From IMG/VR virus record IMGVR_UViG_3300025921_000002, positions 10,997 through 74,996 of that record: a DNA stretch of 64,000 nt; one strand, given 5' to 3'. Both the position numbers and the translations under genes were made by a program. Position 1 is the first letter of the stretch; every line of letters starts with the position of its first letter. Source of the DNA: a virus. Shown piece by piece: positions 1-9,216 of the stretch. Under the pieces are notes generated by a model. It worked only from the letters and a program-made list of their open reading frames with translations, had not been told where the DNA came from and did not search any database.

Positions 1-15
1 TGTTTACTTTCATGG

Positions 16-333
16 TTAATAGCAGATTAGTGTGTTAATATCGTGGTTAAGCAGGGTACAAAAACCCCTGCTATCAACTGTGTAATAAATCTTTTTATAT
101 TGTGGCTTTCCGGCTACTATTTTAATAGCTTCGTAGTAATATTTGCCGTCTGCATCTTCATAACCCGGCTTGCCTGAATTAAGCCATTTAAGGTCGCTTA
201 ATTTATAGATGCAATTGGTTGGAACTGCTGAATCGTAGTAAAGACCTGTTTTAAAGTCAAATACTAAAGTTGTTTCTGTTGTCATTTTGCTAAGTTTTTT
301 AGTTTTACTGTTTCCGTCGAACCGTTTCGACAA
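16..333 (-). CDS. hypothetical protein
   Basis: ORF track; divergent from the XRE gene; true start may be the internal Met (MTTETTL). Confidence 0.55.
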   Translation of the reverse strand: MSKRFDGNSKTKKLSKMTTETTLVFDFKTGLYYDSAVPTNCIYKLSDLKWLNSGKPGYEDADGKYYYEAIKIVAGKPQYKKIYYTVDSRGFCTLLNHDINTLICY

Positions 334-441
334 TGCAAGTATACATACTATTTTTCATTTGTCAATACTAATTATGATTTATTTTATATAATCTTATCAA
401 ATAAAAGCTAAGTGACTGAAAATCAACCTAATTCTTTTTCA

Positions 442-473
442 TTTGCAAGTGTGAAATATTGTACTTATATTTG
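442..473 (+). promoter_or_regulatory. Bacteroidota sigma-A-type promoter (-33 TTTG, -7 TATATTTG)
   Basis: TTTG at 442-445, 20-nt spacer, TATATTTG at 466-473, ATG at 478. Confidence 0.7.
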
Positions 474-477
474 CAGT

Positions 478-693
478 ATGCAAGCAAGGGATATAACCAG
501 TAAACTAAAGACGCGGCGCAAAGAGCTAAAACTCACCTTGCAAGATGTTGCTGACCTTACGGGTGAAACCAAACAGTATATAAATATCATTGAAAACGGC
601 GCAAACACCAAATTAGATAAGCTAATCAAACTGGCGAAGGCTTTAAACCTCACTGTTACACTATCAGAAAACATAACCTACAAACCCGATTGA
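478..693 (+). CDS. XRE/Cro-C1 family helix-turn-helix regulator
   Basis: LKTRRKELKLTLQDVADLTGETKQYINIIENG matches the HTH_3 pattern; start moved to ATG 478 behind the promoter. Confidence 0.85.
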   Translation: MQARDITSKLKTRRKELKLTLQDVADLTGETKQYINIIENGANTKLDKLIKLAKALNLTVTLSENITYKPD

Positions 694-1186
694 AGCCTAA
701 TAAACCCCTAATAACAAAGAGGAAAGCACTCCTTACTAAGTAATACACCCTAAATAAAGACCTACAGCCAACCAGAGGTAAAAAGCATACTAACTGTCAA
801 CCAACTACCAAAACCCCCTTAAATCGCCTAAAACACCCCAAAAACAACAAAATAAGACAATACCAGCTAAGGCAATAAGCTACACCAGTAAACAAAGTTT
901 AGTATTTGTAAACAATCAAGTGAGTTTATTATATATAGTGCTGTAATAAGGCAATTGTTAGTTACTCATGGCTGTGGTTGACTGATTAAACAGCTTTTTT
1001 GAGTGGTGATGTTATAAGAGAGGCTGAATAAATCCATTTTATTAATGGTAATGCGTTAATAAGGACTAATTTGATAGCTTTATTCAACGGTAATAATCCC
1101 TTTTACAAAGAAACAAACACAAAATAACAACCCCAAAGCCTAAAACAATAGTATAACTTCACACAACAACATACTACATTTGTAAA

Positions 1187-1369
1187 ATGAGGCACATTTA
1201 TGTTATAATAGACTTAGATAGTAATGATTTACACGCGTATACGCGACTAACCAGCTTAACAAAGAAGCATAAGCTAAACACCCAAACGATCAGGAATCAC
1301 TACTGTAAGCATCGTACGAACAAGTACAGCAATGGACTGGTAACAGTCATCAAACTCCCTTTGCGATAG
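1187..1369 (+). CDS. small hypothetical protein (possible DNA-binding)
   Basis: ORF preceded by TACATTTG promoter box at 1175-1182. Confidence 0.55.
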   Translation: MRHIYVIIDLDSNDLHAYTRLTSLTKKHKLNTQTIRNHYCKHRTNKYSNGLVTVIKLPLR

Positions 1370-1766
1370 GGTAGGAGGGAAGGTTTAGTAAGGCTAAACA
1401 AAGTTTAATTAACGTAATGTTTATTATCATACGTAATAAGCTGTTACAACCCATAACCAAAAGGTTATAATGAACACCCAACATTCACCTTTTCAAAAGG
1501 ACACCAGACAATAGCTTTTTAGCTTTCAACTTTTATAAAGTTTTGTTGAGGGGTGTACCCATTGACCCCCCGGGGATGTTCCCAAAAGGTGTTGATGGGG
1601 TGGGAATAGGGGGTGGGTACTCTATACAGAGACGTACACCTTTTCTACAAAAGCACCCCCATGCCTTTTATTAAAGTACCCATATAAAAAAGAGTATATA
1701 AGATAAGAAGGGGCTTATAAAATAGTATTGTGTATCAATGATTTAACGATTTGTCCATACCACAAC

Positions 1767-1838
1767 GTTGGTAAATACACCGCGATTGTTGGTATATACA
1801 CCAAAGTCGTTGCATTATTTTTGAAATAAAGTTGCATT
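1767..1838 (+). repeat. 21-22 bp periodic direct repeats upstream of the repL-like gene
   Basis: GTTGGTAAATACACC 1767-1781, GTTGGTATATACACC 1788-1802, GTTGCATT at 1809 and 1831. Confidence 0.6.
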
Positions 1839-1866
1839 TTAAATACAATAGTTTTATCTTTACGGC

Positions 1867-2328
1867 ATGGCTACAAAGCATTTCTTAGAGAGTAAAACAA
1901 TAAGCCGTGTAGACCCGGAAACGGGAGAAATAGTTGAGACCGAAGTCAAAAAGCTGGTTAAGGTTAATATGGGCAAGCAGGAGGAATTTTACATGACCTA
2001 CTGTAGTTATTTGAGTTCTCTTTATGAATTGACCTATGCCGACGATATAAAGCTCATGGTTAAGTTATGTGAGTGGGGTGAGTTCGATACTGGGGATGTT
2101 CAATTGACAAGCGCGAGAAGGCAGGAGATAACTGATACGATGGGTATGCACAACTCAAACATCTCGAAGTCTATTAAGAGGTTAAAGGAAAAGAATTTAA
2201 TTGCGGGGGACAAGGGAGCGTTTAAAATAAACCCGGTTATCTTTTGGAAAGGCGATAGAGCCGTAAGAAAAGATATTTTGAAAAAGGACGGATTGAGCGT
2301 AATGTTTAACTTTCAGGTTGGGGAATGA
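1867..2328 (+). CDS. repL: RepL-like winged-helix replication/regulatory protein
   Basis: VDPETGEI N-terminus, HTH (NISKSIKRLKEKNLI) and INPVIFWKG motif typical of the RepL family, which crAss-like phages encode. Confidence 0.75.
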   Translation: MATKHFLESKTISRVDPETGEIVETEVKKLVKVNMGKQEEFYMTYCSYLSSLYELTYADDIKLMVKLCEWGEFDTGDVQLTSARRQEITDTMGMHNSNISKSIKRLKEKNLIAGDKGAFKINPVIFWKGDRAVRKDILKKDGLSVMFNFQVGE

Positions 2329-2588
2329 TTTTAGTAAAGGTAAAACGCTCGGCTCATGGTAAATCGGCATATGCGGAGTATAAAGATGTTGGTTATTCGC
2401 TACGGGTGTACATTTATCATAACAAGCCATGTACGAAAGAATATGGCGAATGGTTTTTAGTTTGCCACCAAACGGAGAAGGGCGAAAGGGAACAAAGAAT
2501 TGTTTTTGATAATTATTTAGATTTTAGGAACTTTAGGTCGGAAAAAGATATTGAACTTAATTATGATGAAAAAGCATCCGGGGTTTAA
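2325..2588 (+). CDS. hypothetical protein
   Basis: ORF with ATGA overlap to repL. Confidence 0.6.
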   Translation: MILVKVKRSAHGKSAYAEYKDVGYSLRVYIYHNKPCTKEYGEWFLVCHQTEKGEREQRIVFDNYLDFRNFRSEKDIELNYDEKASGV

Positions 2589-2718
2589 AGCCGTAGCGGC
2601 ATCAATCTCAAAGAAAAAAGGGGTTAGTAAAAAGAGTGCTGATGCTATTTTAGCGAGTGCATCCCGTAAAAACAAAAAGACAAGTTCTAACCCACGTTTA
2701 AAAAAAGTAAAGGGATGA
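2563..2718 (+). CDS. small basic (Lys-rich) phage protein, 51 aa
   Basis: translated by hand: MMKKHPGFKAVAASISKKKGVSKKSADAILASASRKNKKTSSNPRLKKVKG; below the ORF-track cutoff. Confidence 0.7.
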   Translation: MMKKHPGFKAVAASISKKKGVSKKSADAILASASRKNKKTSSNPRLKKVKG

Positions 2719-2869
2719 TTGAATTAGAAGTTAACGGTCGGAAGTTATTTTTTGATGATGTTCAGGCAAGACAACAACAAGATTGGTTAGATAAGCGTGA
2801 AAATCATGTGATGTGGGTAATGTCAGGCGGATTATTAGGCAAGAGGGACGAATCAGAACCTGTACAACA

Positions 2870-3049
2870 ATGGCAAAGAACGAACTAATCATAGACCTTA
2901 CTCAAGCAAAGACCTCGCTGACTTTTGTTGAGGGCGACCGTCCTGTACACGGCGTTACCCTAAACACCCTTGACGTAGAACAAGCTATTACCGACTGGAT
3001 AACCGAGAACACAGAGTGGGCTAAGTTTTTTGAAGGAACACCTATATGA
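2870..3049 (+). CDS. hypothetical protein
   Basis: ORF track 2813-3049; likely start at MAKNELII. Confidence 0.5.
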   Translation: MAKNELIIDLTQAKTSLTFVEGDRPVHGVTLNTLDVEQAITDWITENTEWAKFFEGTPI

Positions 3050-3240
3050 CCTTTAGAGAAATAGAGAACGGCTTTAAAGACCAACTGACCGAGTGTAACG
3101 TGAACGAAACGTTCTATTTGTTACACCACACCGCCCGTCAGTCTAACCATAAACATCTGAACTTCGTACAGACAGAAGAACTGCTTGACCTTTTTATGAA
3201 AGTCTGGAAGGAAATAAAAAAAGGCCACCCAACGGGATAG
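3046..3240 (+). CDS. hypothetical protein
   Basis: ORF with ATGA overlap. Confidence 0.6.
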   Translation: MTFREIENGFKDQLTECNVNETFYLLHHTARQSNHKHLNFVQTEELLDLFMKVWKEIKKGHPTG

Positions 3241-3252
3241 CCTAATTTCACC

Positions 3253-3504
3253 TTACGAACCGCTAACAAGTGTAGATACAGACTCATTTACAAGGTACAC
3301 ATGGCTAATGCCTGAATTATTTTCAAAGTCATTAGTGTGAACGGCTGTGTTAATGCCCTGTGAAGCTGCCGGGTAACCGTGCTTTTGGTTTGTAGTAGCC
3401 GCCACTGCGAACTTGATCTGGTCGCCGGGGATAGCATACGTTGCTGATGGGGACAGGTTTGTGCTGTCTTTGGTGAATACGCTCACCGAAATAAGTTGTG
3501 CCAT
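3253..3504 (-). CDS. small putative virion structural protein
   Basis: S/T/A/V-rich composition like capsid decoration proteins; own TACATTTA promoter box upstream on the minus strand. Confidence 0.5.
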   Translation of the reverse strand: MAQLISVSVFTKDSTNLSPSATYAIPGDQIKFAVAATTNQKHGYPAASQGINTAVHTNDFENNSGISHVYLVNESVSTLVSGS

Positions 3505-3603
3505 TTGGAATCGTTAAAAGAAGTCTTAAAAATTAATCGTTAATTACTTGTAAATGTAATTATTATTTGCTTATGTCAAGTACTCTTTTTACCTTTACTG
3601 ACA

Positions 3604-3712
3604 GCAGAGTAATTTAGAATGAAACAAGAAATCAAAAACTTCCCGGCAGACCGTCATTCGTTAGTAGATTACTCTGCGGTAAACTCGTCGTTTGTGTCTG
3701 ACCGGGTTTTTT
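3604..3712 (+). ncRNA. candidate pseudoknotted 5' leader RNA
   Basis: GCAGAGTAAT (3604-13) pairs with ATTACTCTGC (3668-77), which lies in the loop of the stem CCCGG-CAGAC/GTCTG-A-CCGGG; TACCTTTA promoter box directly upstream. Confidence 0.55.
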
Positions 3713-3724
3713 AATTTAAACGCT

Positions 3725-4105
3725 ATGAAATATACAGACGGAGTTGATTTAAAGGACCTGAAAAACATTTTAGCAGGAATGGGCATTCCATATAGCCCTG
3801 AAAGTTCAGCAATAGCCCAAAAGGCAATTAAAGAACATCCCGATGAAGAAGTAGCAGGCGCTATAATGCGATATACTAACTTATTTGAAACCATACCCGG
3901 AATTAAAAGAGAAATGGAAGAAACAGAAGAACAACTACCCTTTAAAGGAATATGCCTTTCAATGGTATTGGATGCCCGTATGCAGGCACTTGACTTAGCC
4001 AGAGAGTTAAACCAAGAAGGGGTTAACCTAAAAACAGCAGGTCAGGCAGAGATTTTGAGGGATGCAGAACAGATTTTTGGTTGGATGCTTAAAGATTTGC
4101 AGTAA
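3725..4105 (+). CDS. hypothetical protein
   Basis: ORF; start reassigned to ATG 3725 after the leader structure. Confidence 0.7.
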   Translation: MKYTDGVDLKDLKNILAGMGIPYSPESSAIAQKAIKEHPDEEVAGAIMRYTNLFETIPGIKREMEETEEQLPFKGICLSMVLDARMQALDLARELNQEGVNLKTAGQAEILRDAEQIFGWMLKDLQ

Positions 4106-4875
4106 TGGCGCTGATTGTAATTTGCTGTTATGATACCGAAGAAAACGGGCGTTATGAATACACGGATGCAACATTGCGTTCACTTCAAAGAACAGTTGAT
4201 TGGTCGAAACACAGATTGATAGTTGTTGATAATGGAAGTGATGAATCGTGCCGAGGAATAATCTTTAGGGGTGTAACGGCGATTGGAGCGAAATTAATTA
4301 CACTTCCTGAAAATGTTGGAACAAGTAAAGGGCTGAACGAGGGTATGCGTCTAAGAAAAGAACATGAACACGTTTTGAAAGCAGACAACGATGTCGAATG
4401 GCTATATCCTAATTGGCTTGATGAGTTAGAAGAAGCAATTGAGCGAGACCCGACAATTGGAATATTAGGTCTTAAACGCAAAGACCTTATCCAAAACCCA
4501 TATCATGAAAGCGAGCAATACCGAAGTGAATATAGGATGCTGCCACATGAACCGGGTCAGCGCTGGATAACCGTAGAAGCCACGGCAGATATTATGGGTA
4601 CTTGTACTTTATTCAACTATCGATTAATTGACAAAATAGGAGGTAGCGCACAACCGAAATTATACGGCCTTGAAGATTGTCTCTATTGCCTTCGTTCGCA
4701 TTTAGCAGGTTTTTATAATGCTTTCCTTCCTCACATTGAAATAAATCACCTTGACAGGGGAGATAACCCATACGTGCAGGTAAAACAAAGGCAGGCTGGC
4801 GAAGCATGGCCTATCTATCATGAATGGCACAAAGGATATATTGAAGGGACAAGACCATTATACGAAGAAATATGA
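4105..4875 (+). CDS. glycosyltransferase family 2 (GT-A fold)
   Basis: LIVVDNGSDE, ENVGTSKGLNEG, KADNDV (DxD), YGLEDCLYCLR. Confidence 0.85.
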   Translation: MALIVICCYDTEENGRYEYTDATLRSLQRTVDWSKHRLIVVDNGSDESCRGIIFRGVTAIGAKLITLPENVGTSKGLNEGMRLRKEHEHVLKADNDVEWLYPNWLDELEEAIERDPTIGILGLKRKDLIQNPYHESEQYRSEYRMLPHEPGQRWITVEATADIMGTCTLFNYRLIDKIGGSAQPKLYGLEDCLYCLRSHLAGFYNAFLPHIEINHLDRGDNPYVQVKQRQAGEAWPIYHEWHKGYIEGTRPLYEEI

Positions 4876-5477
4876 TTTTAGGAGACAGCGCAGAGTATGA
4901 ATACCTTTCAGAAGCGGTAGCTTTAAGCAAAGATGTTGAGGGGATGTGCATAGAAATTGGTGTCCGGCGCGGTCTTGGTACTAAGACCATTATCGACGCT
5001 GTAAGGCAATATTGCCCACACAAAACCGTGGTTGCCGTAGACCCATACGGTTCAATACCATACGTTGGGCAAGAGCATATCGGTGAAATAAGGCTGGATT
5101 ACGATAATCCTATGAAGTTTGATTGCATGGTTGATTTATGGAATTATGTTCGTGAAAATCCTGTTAATTTCAGGCCGGAATGCCTTACTGATTATGAGTT
5201 TTTTGATAAGTACCATGACGGTGTACCGAAGTACGACATAGATATTGCAATAGAAAAACTGTATAGTATGGCGCATTTGGATGGGCCTCATAATTTTGAA
5301 CACGTAAGTACAGAAATTGAATGGTTTAATCTACGAATGAACGGCGGTTCGGTAATTGTAATTGATGATGTGAGTCCAGAGTATATTGATATTAAGCCAG
5401 TAAATGAACTGCTTGATTTTTTGGGATGGGATTTGGTAAAAGAAGGTAACAAGAAAAATCTTTATGTTAAACGGTAA
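4872..5477 (+). CDS. class I SAM-dependent methyltransferase (TylF/Methyltransf_24-like)
   Basis: IEIGVRRG motif I, AVDPY, HLDGPH, VIDD. Confidence 0.8.
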   Translation: MILGDSAEYEYLSEAVALSKDVEGMCIEIGVRRGLGTKTIIDAVRQYCPHKTVVAVDPYGSIPYVGQEHIGEIRLDYDNPMKFDCMVDLWNYVRENPVNFRPECLTDYEFFDKYHDGVPKYDIDIAIEKLYSMAHLDGPHNFEHVSTEIEWFNLRMNGGSVIVIDDVSPEYIDIKPVNELLDFLGWDLVKEGNKKNLYVKR

Positions 5478-6324
5478 ACAGATAGCCTTTTTAAAAAAAG
5501 CCAAAGAACTAAAAGGATGTGGGGTTTATGAAATTTGGTCACCATCAAATAAGGTTTATATAGGGCAGACGACTAACTTTTTCAAAAGGTTTATGTCTTA
5601 TTTTTCCATGCAATGCAAAGCGCAAAGAAAGTTATATAATTCATTTTTGAAATACGGAGCGGATAAGCATGACTTTAAAATTGTTTTAGTTGAATATACT
5701 TGGCGCTACGATCAAAAAAGACTTGATGAAACCGAGCAGAGATTAATGGATTTTTATAGAAACCACGACTATGAATTATTAAATCTAAGAGAGGCTGGAC
5801 ATAGGGGTAAATTTAGTGAAGATAGCAAGCAGAGGCTTAGTGAAGTAAAAAAAGGTAAAAGATTAGGTGAAGATAACCCCAATTGGGGTAAGGGTTGTTT
5901 TGGTGAGGCTAACGGAATGTTTGGGAAGAACCATTCGGCTAAATCGAGACAAAAAATACTTGATACAAAATTAGAAAGATACGGCGAAGTTTGGGCTAAA
6001 AATGCAGCATTAGCCGAGGAAAAGAGACTTGAATCTATAAAAAACTGGAAGAACAAGGTAAGTAAAAACATGACCGGCTCTAAACCAACGCCACGAAAGG
6101 TTGTCCAGCTTTCCGAATCCGGTGAATATATAAATCTATTTGATAGTATGTATAAAGCTGCTACTGCAATTGAAATACATCCTTCTCATATATCAAAAAG
6201 CGTCCGCAAAAACAAGTTTGCGCCTACAACCCGATTTAGATTTATGTACAAGGAGGTATATGAAGATTTAGTAATAACTAAGTTATTTATTGAAACCGGA
6301 CTAATTCATCATATAGCCCTATGA
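5464..6324 (+). CDS. GIY-YIG homing endonuclease with NUMOD3/NUMOD1-like DNA-binding repeats
   Basis: GVYEIWSPSNKVYIGQT; GEDNPNWGK and GEANGMFGKNHS repeats; VVQLSESGEYINLFDSMYKAA. Confidence 0.85.
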   Translation: MLNGKQIAFLKKAKELKGCGVYEIWSPSNKVYIGQTTNFFKRFMSYFSMQCKAQRKLYNSFLKYGADKHDFKIVLVEYTWRYDQKRLDETEQRLMDFYRNHDYELLNLREAGHRGKFSEDSKQRLSEVKKGKRLGEDNPNWGKGCFGEANGMFGKNHSAKSRQKILDTKLERYGEVWAKNAALAEEKRLESIKNWKNKVSKNMTGSKPTPRKVVQLSESGEYINLFDSMYKAATAIEIHPSHISKSVRKNKFAPTTRFRFMYKEVYEDLVITKLFIETGLIHHIAL

Positions 6325-6980
6325 ACATCAAACTCATAACCGTAACGTCACATCCTGAATTAGCAGAGAACCTAATCAAGTCAGCCACTAAACACGGTTG
6401 GGATTTAGAGGTAATTAAAGTTGATTGGAAAGGATTTGGGACAAAGCTAATCGCCACGTACGAATACTTAAAAGCACATCCAGAAGTTGAGCAGTTTGTT
6501 TTTGCAGATGCTTTCGATGTTGTTGTTTTGGGAACCCCACAAGAGTTTGAAGAAAAAATACCTAATATAAATAAAATTTGGCTATCCACTGAAAAGGGTT
6601 TGTGGCCTCCGATTTTAGAACCGTACAGAAAATTATATGTAAGTCCATTTACGGATTTTAAGTTCGTTAATAGCGGGTGTTACTATTCTCCCTCAAAGCG
6701 ATTCATAGATTTGTTTGATACTTTTGAACCCAAACAAGAAACAGATGACCAGTTTTGGTTTAATTTGGCTTATCTATTTTCAACTTACGGAAAGCATCAG
6801 TATTTTAACTCAATAGGAATAGATGAGAATCAAATGCTATTTAATTCTCACAGCCATATGGCAGAAGGTGAATACGGCTATGAAAATAACAGAGTTCAGA
6901 TACTTGGAAACGAACCGATATTTATTCATTTTAACGGCAAAACAATAGACCTAATATTTAACGAAAGGATAAAGATATGA
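6321..6980 (+). CDS. PLOD/LH3-type glycosyltransferase domain protein (GT-A)
   Basis: FVFADAFDVV, TEKGLWP, FVNSGCY, DDQ and IHFNG motifs resemble the procollagen-lysine hydroxylase N-terminal GT domain. Confidence 0.75.
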   Translation: MNIKLITVTSHPELAENLIKSATKHGWDLEVIKVDWKGFGTKLIATYEYLKAHPEVEQFVFADAFDVVVLGTPQEFEEKIPNINKIWLSTEKGLWPPILEPYRKLYVSPFTDFKFVNSGCYYSPSKRFIDLFDTFEPKQETDDQFWFNLAYLFSTYGKHQYFNSIGIDENQMLFNSHSHMAEGEYGYENNRVQILGNEPIFIHFNGKTIDLIFNERIKI

Positions 6981-7135
6981 AACGTTTTTTAATAAGTTTT
7001 TCTTATGCTCTATTATTCGCAATTTTAGCCGTAATTCTATTTAAAAGATTCGATATGGGTCAATTTTTAATGGGATGGATGTCTTGTGTTGTTTTTTATA
7101 CCGCGTATTCTGTAACTAAAGAGATTTTAGCATGA
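6977..7135 (+). CDS. small membrane protein (52 aa, 2 TM)
   Basis: translated by hand: MKRFLISFSYALLFAILAVILFKRFDMGQFLMGWMSCVVFYTAYSVTKEILA; ATGA overlaps on both sides. Confidence 0.6.
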   Translation: MKRFLISFSYALLFAILAVILFKRFDMGQFLMGWMSCVVFYTAYSVTKEILA

Positions 7136-7830
7136 ACCTACAACAATTGAAAGACGAATGGGCTAATGTGCCGGAGTTTCATAAAGCTATCCATGAAAGT
7201 TTCTGCGACTTTGTTAACGCTGACGAAAAGTTAAAGCGGCATCGTGATTGGGTAGAAACTAATATGTGGGGTTTTGGAGAACGTAGTTTTTGGTGGTTGT
7301 GGAAAATAATCTGTGATGAACTGCCTGAACATGCCGATGTATTGGAAGTAGGAGTTTTTAGAGCCGCGACACTATCCGTAATTGGTATGCTACGCTCTGA
7401 TATATCCTTAACAGGTGTTACGCCATTAAACACAGCCGGAGACGTTTGGGAAAGCGACTATAGGGCAGACATAGACAAGATTTTTGACCTGTTCAACAAA
7501 GTAAGACCAACAATCATTCAAGGATATAGCCAAGAGGAAAGGGTTATTGAAATGGCGAGGCTACTTTCGCCTTATGATGTAGTTTATCTGGATGGAGATC
7601 ATAGCTTTGATGGAACTTTAGCCGACTTTAACAACTACGCACCAATGGTAAAGGTAGGTGGCTACTTGGTCGTAGACGACTGCAACAACGATTTAAATTT
7701 CCCACCACAGGGTTTTTTCACAGGTATCCAAACGGTCACAGATGCTAAGTTAAAGTGGCTTGAAACACAAACGGACTTTGAATTTACCGCAAGTTGTGTT
7801 CACATTTCAATATTTAGGAGGATAAAATGA
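7132..7830 (+). CDS. class I SAM-dependent methyltransferase (Methyltransf_24-like)
   Basis: VLEVGVFRA, YDVVYLDGDHSFDG, VKVGGYLVVDD. Confidence 0.85.
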   Translation: MNLQQLKDEWANVPEFHKAIHESFCDFVNADEKLKRHRDWVETNMWGFGERSFWWLWKIICDELPEHADVLEVGVFRAATLSVIGMLRSDISLTGVTPLNTAGDVWESDYRADIDKIFDLFNKVRPTIIQGYSQEERVIEMARLLSPYDVVYLDGDHSFDGTLADFNNYAPMVKVGGYLVVDDCNNDLNFPPQGFFTGIQTVTDAKLKWLETQTDFEFTASCVHISIFRRIK

Positions 7831-8099
7831 TAAAGCTAATTTTATTATGGCTCGTAGCTGGATTGCTAATGTCCATATTCAGTTGTAAGAAACAGAATGC
7901 TTGCGAGGTTGGCGACACCTGCTTGGTCAAGAAGCATATTTTCAATGATGGCGCTTATCAGCCACATTCATCATTAAAGGCTTTAAAAATCAACAAAAAA
8001 TATACCGAGTTGTGGGGTAAGACCTATTTAGATTGTTCTGATAGCCGGGACACCATTTGGAATTTTCCGCAGGAAGATTTATACAAAGTTGGAGAATGA
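7827..8099 (+). CDS. putative lipoprotein
   Basis: hydrophobic N-terminus ending IFSC followed by KKQ (SPII lipobox). Confidence 0.6.
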   Translation: MIKLILLWLVAGLLMSIFSCKKQNACEVGDTCLVKKHIFNDGAYQPHSSLKALKINKKYTELWGKTYLDCSDSRDTIWNFPQEDLYKVGE

Positions 8100-8242
8100 G
8101 GAATCAACAGGCAAGACTTAACTTTTTAATCCGGGAACGAGAAATCGTTTTAAGGGATAACCCTCAATTAAAAGACACACCCATAGTAATAATACATGAT
8201 ATGAGAATAGAAGCATTGGAAAGGTTCTTGGGGCTAAGATGA
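8096..8242 (+). CDS. hypothetical protein
   Basis: short ORF (MRNQQARL...) coupled to both neighbours by ATGA overlaps. Confidence 0.45.
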   Translation: MRNQQARLNFLIREREIVLRDNPQLKDTPIVIIHDMRIEALERFLGLR

Positions 8243-9216
8243 GAAAGAAAATACTTTATTACCCGTTGGAGAAACGTGATTCGACCTCGTGGTGGCGGGT
8301 AGTGGGAATACTACCATTCATTTATCACGAAGATATTGATTTATGCGATATATCTGACACCAAAATATTTGATTGGACGGTTTTTTCAGGCGCTTCTGCA
8401 TTACTAATTCAGCGTCCATTTGCCCAAGACCATTTAACGGTCATTATGGGTGCTAAAAATTCAGGATTAAAAATAATTACTGACTATGACGATGATTTAA
8501 CGTGTGTAGATATGTTCAACCCCACGCATCAACTTTATCAGCAATTTCAAAATACTTTAAAAGAATGTTTAAAGCTGTCAGATGAGGTTTGGGTTTCTAC
8601 ACAGGCTATTTTTGATAGCTACAAACAGTACAATTCTAATATACATATAATTCCTAATGCCCACAATGATTATTTTATGCCAGTTAGCAAAAAAAGGGCA
8701 TTTAATATGGATTCAAGGAAGGTTTTTTGGCGTGGAGGAATGTCACATTCGGCAGATGTGCTTGAAAAAGCCGATGAATTAATTAAAATTATTAATGAAA
8801 ACCCTAACTGGGATTTTAATTTTTGTGGAAGCCGTTTTGAATATATTGAAATGCGTACAGGGGATAATCACAACATAGTTCAATATATGAGTATGTTAGA
8901 GTTTTTCAGGTATTTTAATAGTGAAAATCCCAACATTACTATTTTCCCATTAAGAACAACCCCGTTTAATAGGGCAAAAAGTAATATAAGCTGGATGGAG
9001 GCGACTTACGCAGGCTCTTCGTTTTTTGGAAATACCGATTTACCTGAATTTAATCAAAGTGGCGTATACCCAATATCAACACTCCCCGATTATGTAGGCA
9101 AAGACAGGCATGAAGCATTAGCTTATGCTAATAAAATTTCATGGGAACTTATTTGCGATACGCTTTTACTTTCCAACATAAACAAAATAAGACTGAACCG
9201 CCTATTGGAGATATGA
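8239..9216 (+). CDS. glycosyltransferase (GT-B / GT4-like)
   Basis: TDYDDDL, DEVWVST, IIPNA, WRGGMSHSAD, PLRTTPFNRAKSNISWMEAT, typical of phage GT4-like proteins. Confidence 0.8.
   Translation: MRKKILYYPLEKRDSTSWWRVVGILPFIYHEDIDLCDISDTKIFDWTVFSGASALLIQRPFAQDHLTVIMGAKNSGLKIITDYDDDLTCVDMFNPTHQLYQQFQNTLKECLKLSDEVWVSTQAIFDSYKQYNSNIHIIPNAHNDYFMPVSKKRAFNMDSRKVFWRGGMSHSADVLEKADELIKIINENPNWDFNFCGSRFEYIEMRTGDNHNIVQYMSMLEFFRYFNSENPNITIFPLRTTPFNRAKSNISWMEATYAGSSFFGNTDLPEFNQSGVYPISTLPDYVGKDRHEALAYANKISWELICDTLLLSNINKIRLNRLLEI

Larger units (their letters stand above)
694..1866. other. largely non-coding region, candidate genome terminus / replication origin
   Basis: about 1.1 kb with one short ORF, abrupt C/A-rich versus G/T-rich blocks, G/C runs at 1550-1620, periodic repeats before repL. 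Confidence 0.4.
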
